DNA of 64,000 nucleotides from the human T2T-CHM13v2.0 reference genome, Homo sapiens, in NCBI RefSeq assembly GCF_009914755.1, contig NC_060933.1; one strand, given 5' to 3'. Of this stretch, positions 61,235-64,000 are shown piece by piece. Each line of letters opens with the position of its first letter. Within the stretch, counting starts at the first letter, position 1. Both the position numbers and the translations under genes were made by a program. The notes beneath the pieces are model-generated. The model ran no database searches and had not been told where the DNA came from. It saw only the letters and a list, made by a program, of their open reading frames with translations.

Positions 61235-61539
61235 ACCACATATTGTATGAATTTAATTATATTAGATTTCCAGAACAGGAAAATCTCCAGAGACAAAAAA
61301 GTATGTTGGTGGTTGCTTAGAGTTTGGTATTTCAGGAAAATTGAAAATAACTGCTAACCATGTGGGTGTCTTTTGGGGTTCATGATAATATTCCAAAATT
61401 GATACGGATAATCTTATGACTGTACTTAAACTCATTAAATTTTACAGTTTTAATGGATGAATTGTATGGTATGAGAATTATATCTCAATAAAGCATTTAT
61501 AAAAATAAATAAGCAAAGCATTTAAATAGAATAAACATT

Positions 61540-62870
<1,331 letters not shown>

Positions 62871-63215
62871 CACATTACAGACAAGAACTGTTGCTGGCAA
62901 AGCTTAAAACCACCAGCCTATATCTGCTTATTTCAAATTCTGGATTCCAGTGTGTGTGTGACTATTTCTCAGTATAACTGACTGTAATGGCAAAGGGAAC
63001 TAATTATGTTCTTTTGGAGTGACAGAGTGCCCTGGTGGTCAGCACAGTCAAGGTGTATTGTGTCAGTGAGTTGTCAGAAGAGAGCATGAGGGCACTGCAT
63101 ATTGTGGTTGAGACTTTTTGTTTAATTGAAACTATTTGATGATAGAGCATTTATGAAATCTCGTTGTTCAGGGAGTGTGGCATAAAGAATGATTGAAAGT
63201 TTACATTTTTGTTCA

Positions 63216-64000
63216 GGGTGGCAGGCAAGATGGCAATAGGAAAGGCTCCAGTCTGCAGCTCCCAGTGAGATCAGTGCAGAATGTGGGTGATTTCTGCATT
63301 TCCAACTGAGGTACATGGCTCATCTCATTGGGACTGGTTAGACAGGGGGTGCAGCCCACAGAGGGCGAGCCAAAGCAGGGTGGGGCGTCACCTCACCCGG
63401 GAAGCAGAAGGGATTGGGGAACTCCCTCCCCTAGCAGAGGGAAGCCGTGAGGGACTGCCATGAAGAACAGTGCATTCCAGCCCAGATATTACACTTTTCT
63501 CATGGTCTTCACAACCCACAGACCAGGAGATTCCTTCGGGTGCCTACACCACCAGGGCCCTGGGTTTCAAGCACAAAACTGGGCAGCTATTTGAGCAGAC
63601 ACTGAGCTAGCTGCAGGAGTTTTTTTTTCATACACTGGTGGCATCTGGAATGCCAGCAAACAGAACAGTTTCCTCCCTGGGAAAGGGGTCTGAAGCTAGG
63701 AACCAAGTGGTCTAATTCAGTGGATCCCAACCCCATGGAGCCAAGCAGGCTAAGATCCACTGACTTGAAATTCTTACTGCCAGCACAGCAGTCTGAAGTA
63801 GAACTGGGAAGCTCAAACTTAGTAGGGGAAGGGGCGTCTGCCATTACTGAGGCTTGAATAGGCGGTTTTCCCCTCACAGTGAAAACAAAGCTGCCAGGAA
63901 GTTCAAACTGGGCAGAGCCCACTGCAGCTCAGCAAAGGAGTTGTAGCCAGACTGCCTCTCTAGATTCCTCCTCTCTGGGCAGGGTATCTCTGAAAGAAAG
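63216..64000 (+). mobile_element. L1PA7/8-like (L1P3) 5' UTR; element runs past the window end
   Basis: gcaagatggc (YY1 motif), ctccagtctgcagctcccagtgag, gggtgatttctgcatttccaactgaggtac, gggtttcaagcacaaaactggg; CpGs largely decayed. Confidence 0.9.

Overview
AT-rich, CpG-poor primate genomic DNA with no CpG island. It is almost certainly human, because it carries a near-intact AluYa5 with a perfect TSD. It reads as intergenic or deep-intronic sequence dominated by interspersed repeats: about 17 Alu elements or fragments, L1 fragments of several ages, L2/MIR, MaLR and ERV1 LTRs, and hAT/Tigger MITEs. I can support no protein-coding gene, RNA gene or CRISPR array. The ORF track consists of decayed L1 ORF2 pieces, Alu/LTR read-through and random ORFs. 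The most unusual signals are repair or replication scars. A 24-bp piece of an L2 at 2794-2817 is copied into an Alu 2.2 kb away (4993-5016). A 142-bp segment at 57815-57956 is copied about 1 kb upstream (56841-56982), with junction microhomology and G>A-skewed differences. There are also several fold-back and tandem micro-insertions and a minus-strand site resembling a recursive splice site at 4075-4150. Repeat subfamily names come from my recall of consensus motifs, not from a RepeatMasker run, and boundaries of old elements are approximate. I do not see a convincing new biological system.
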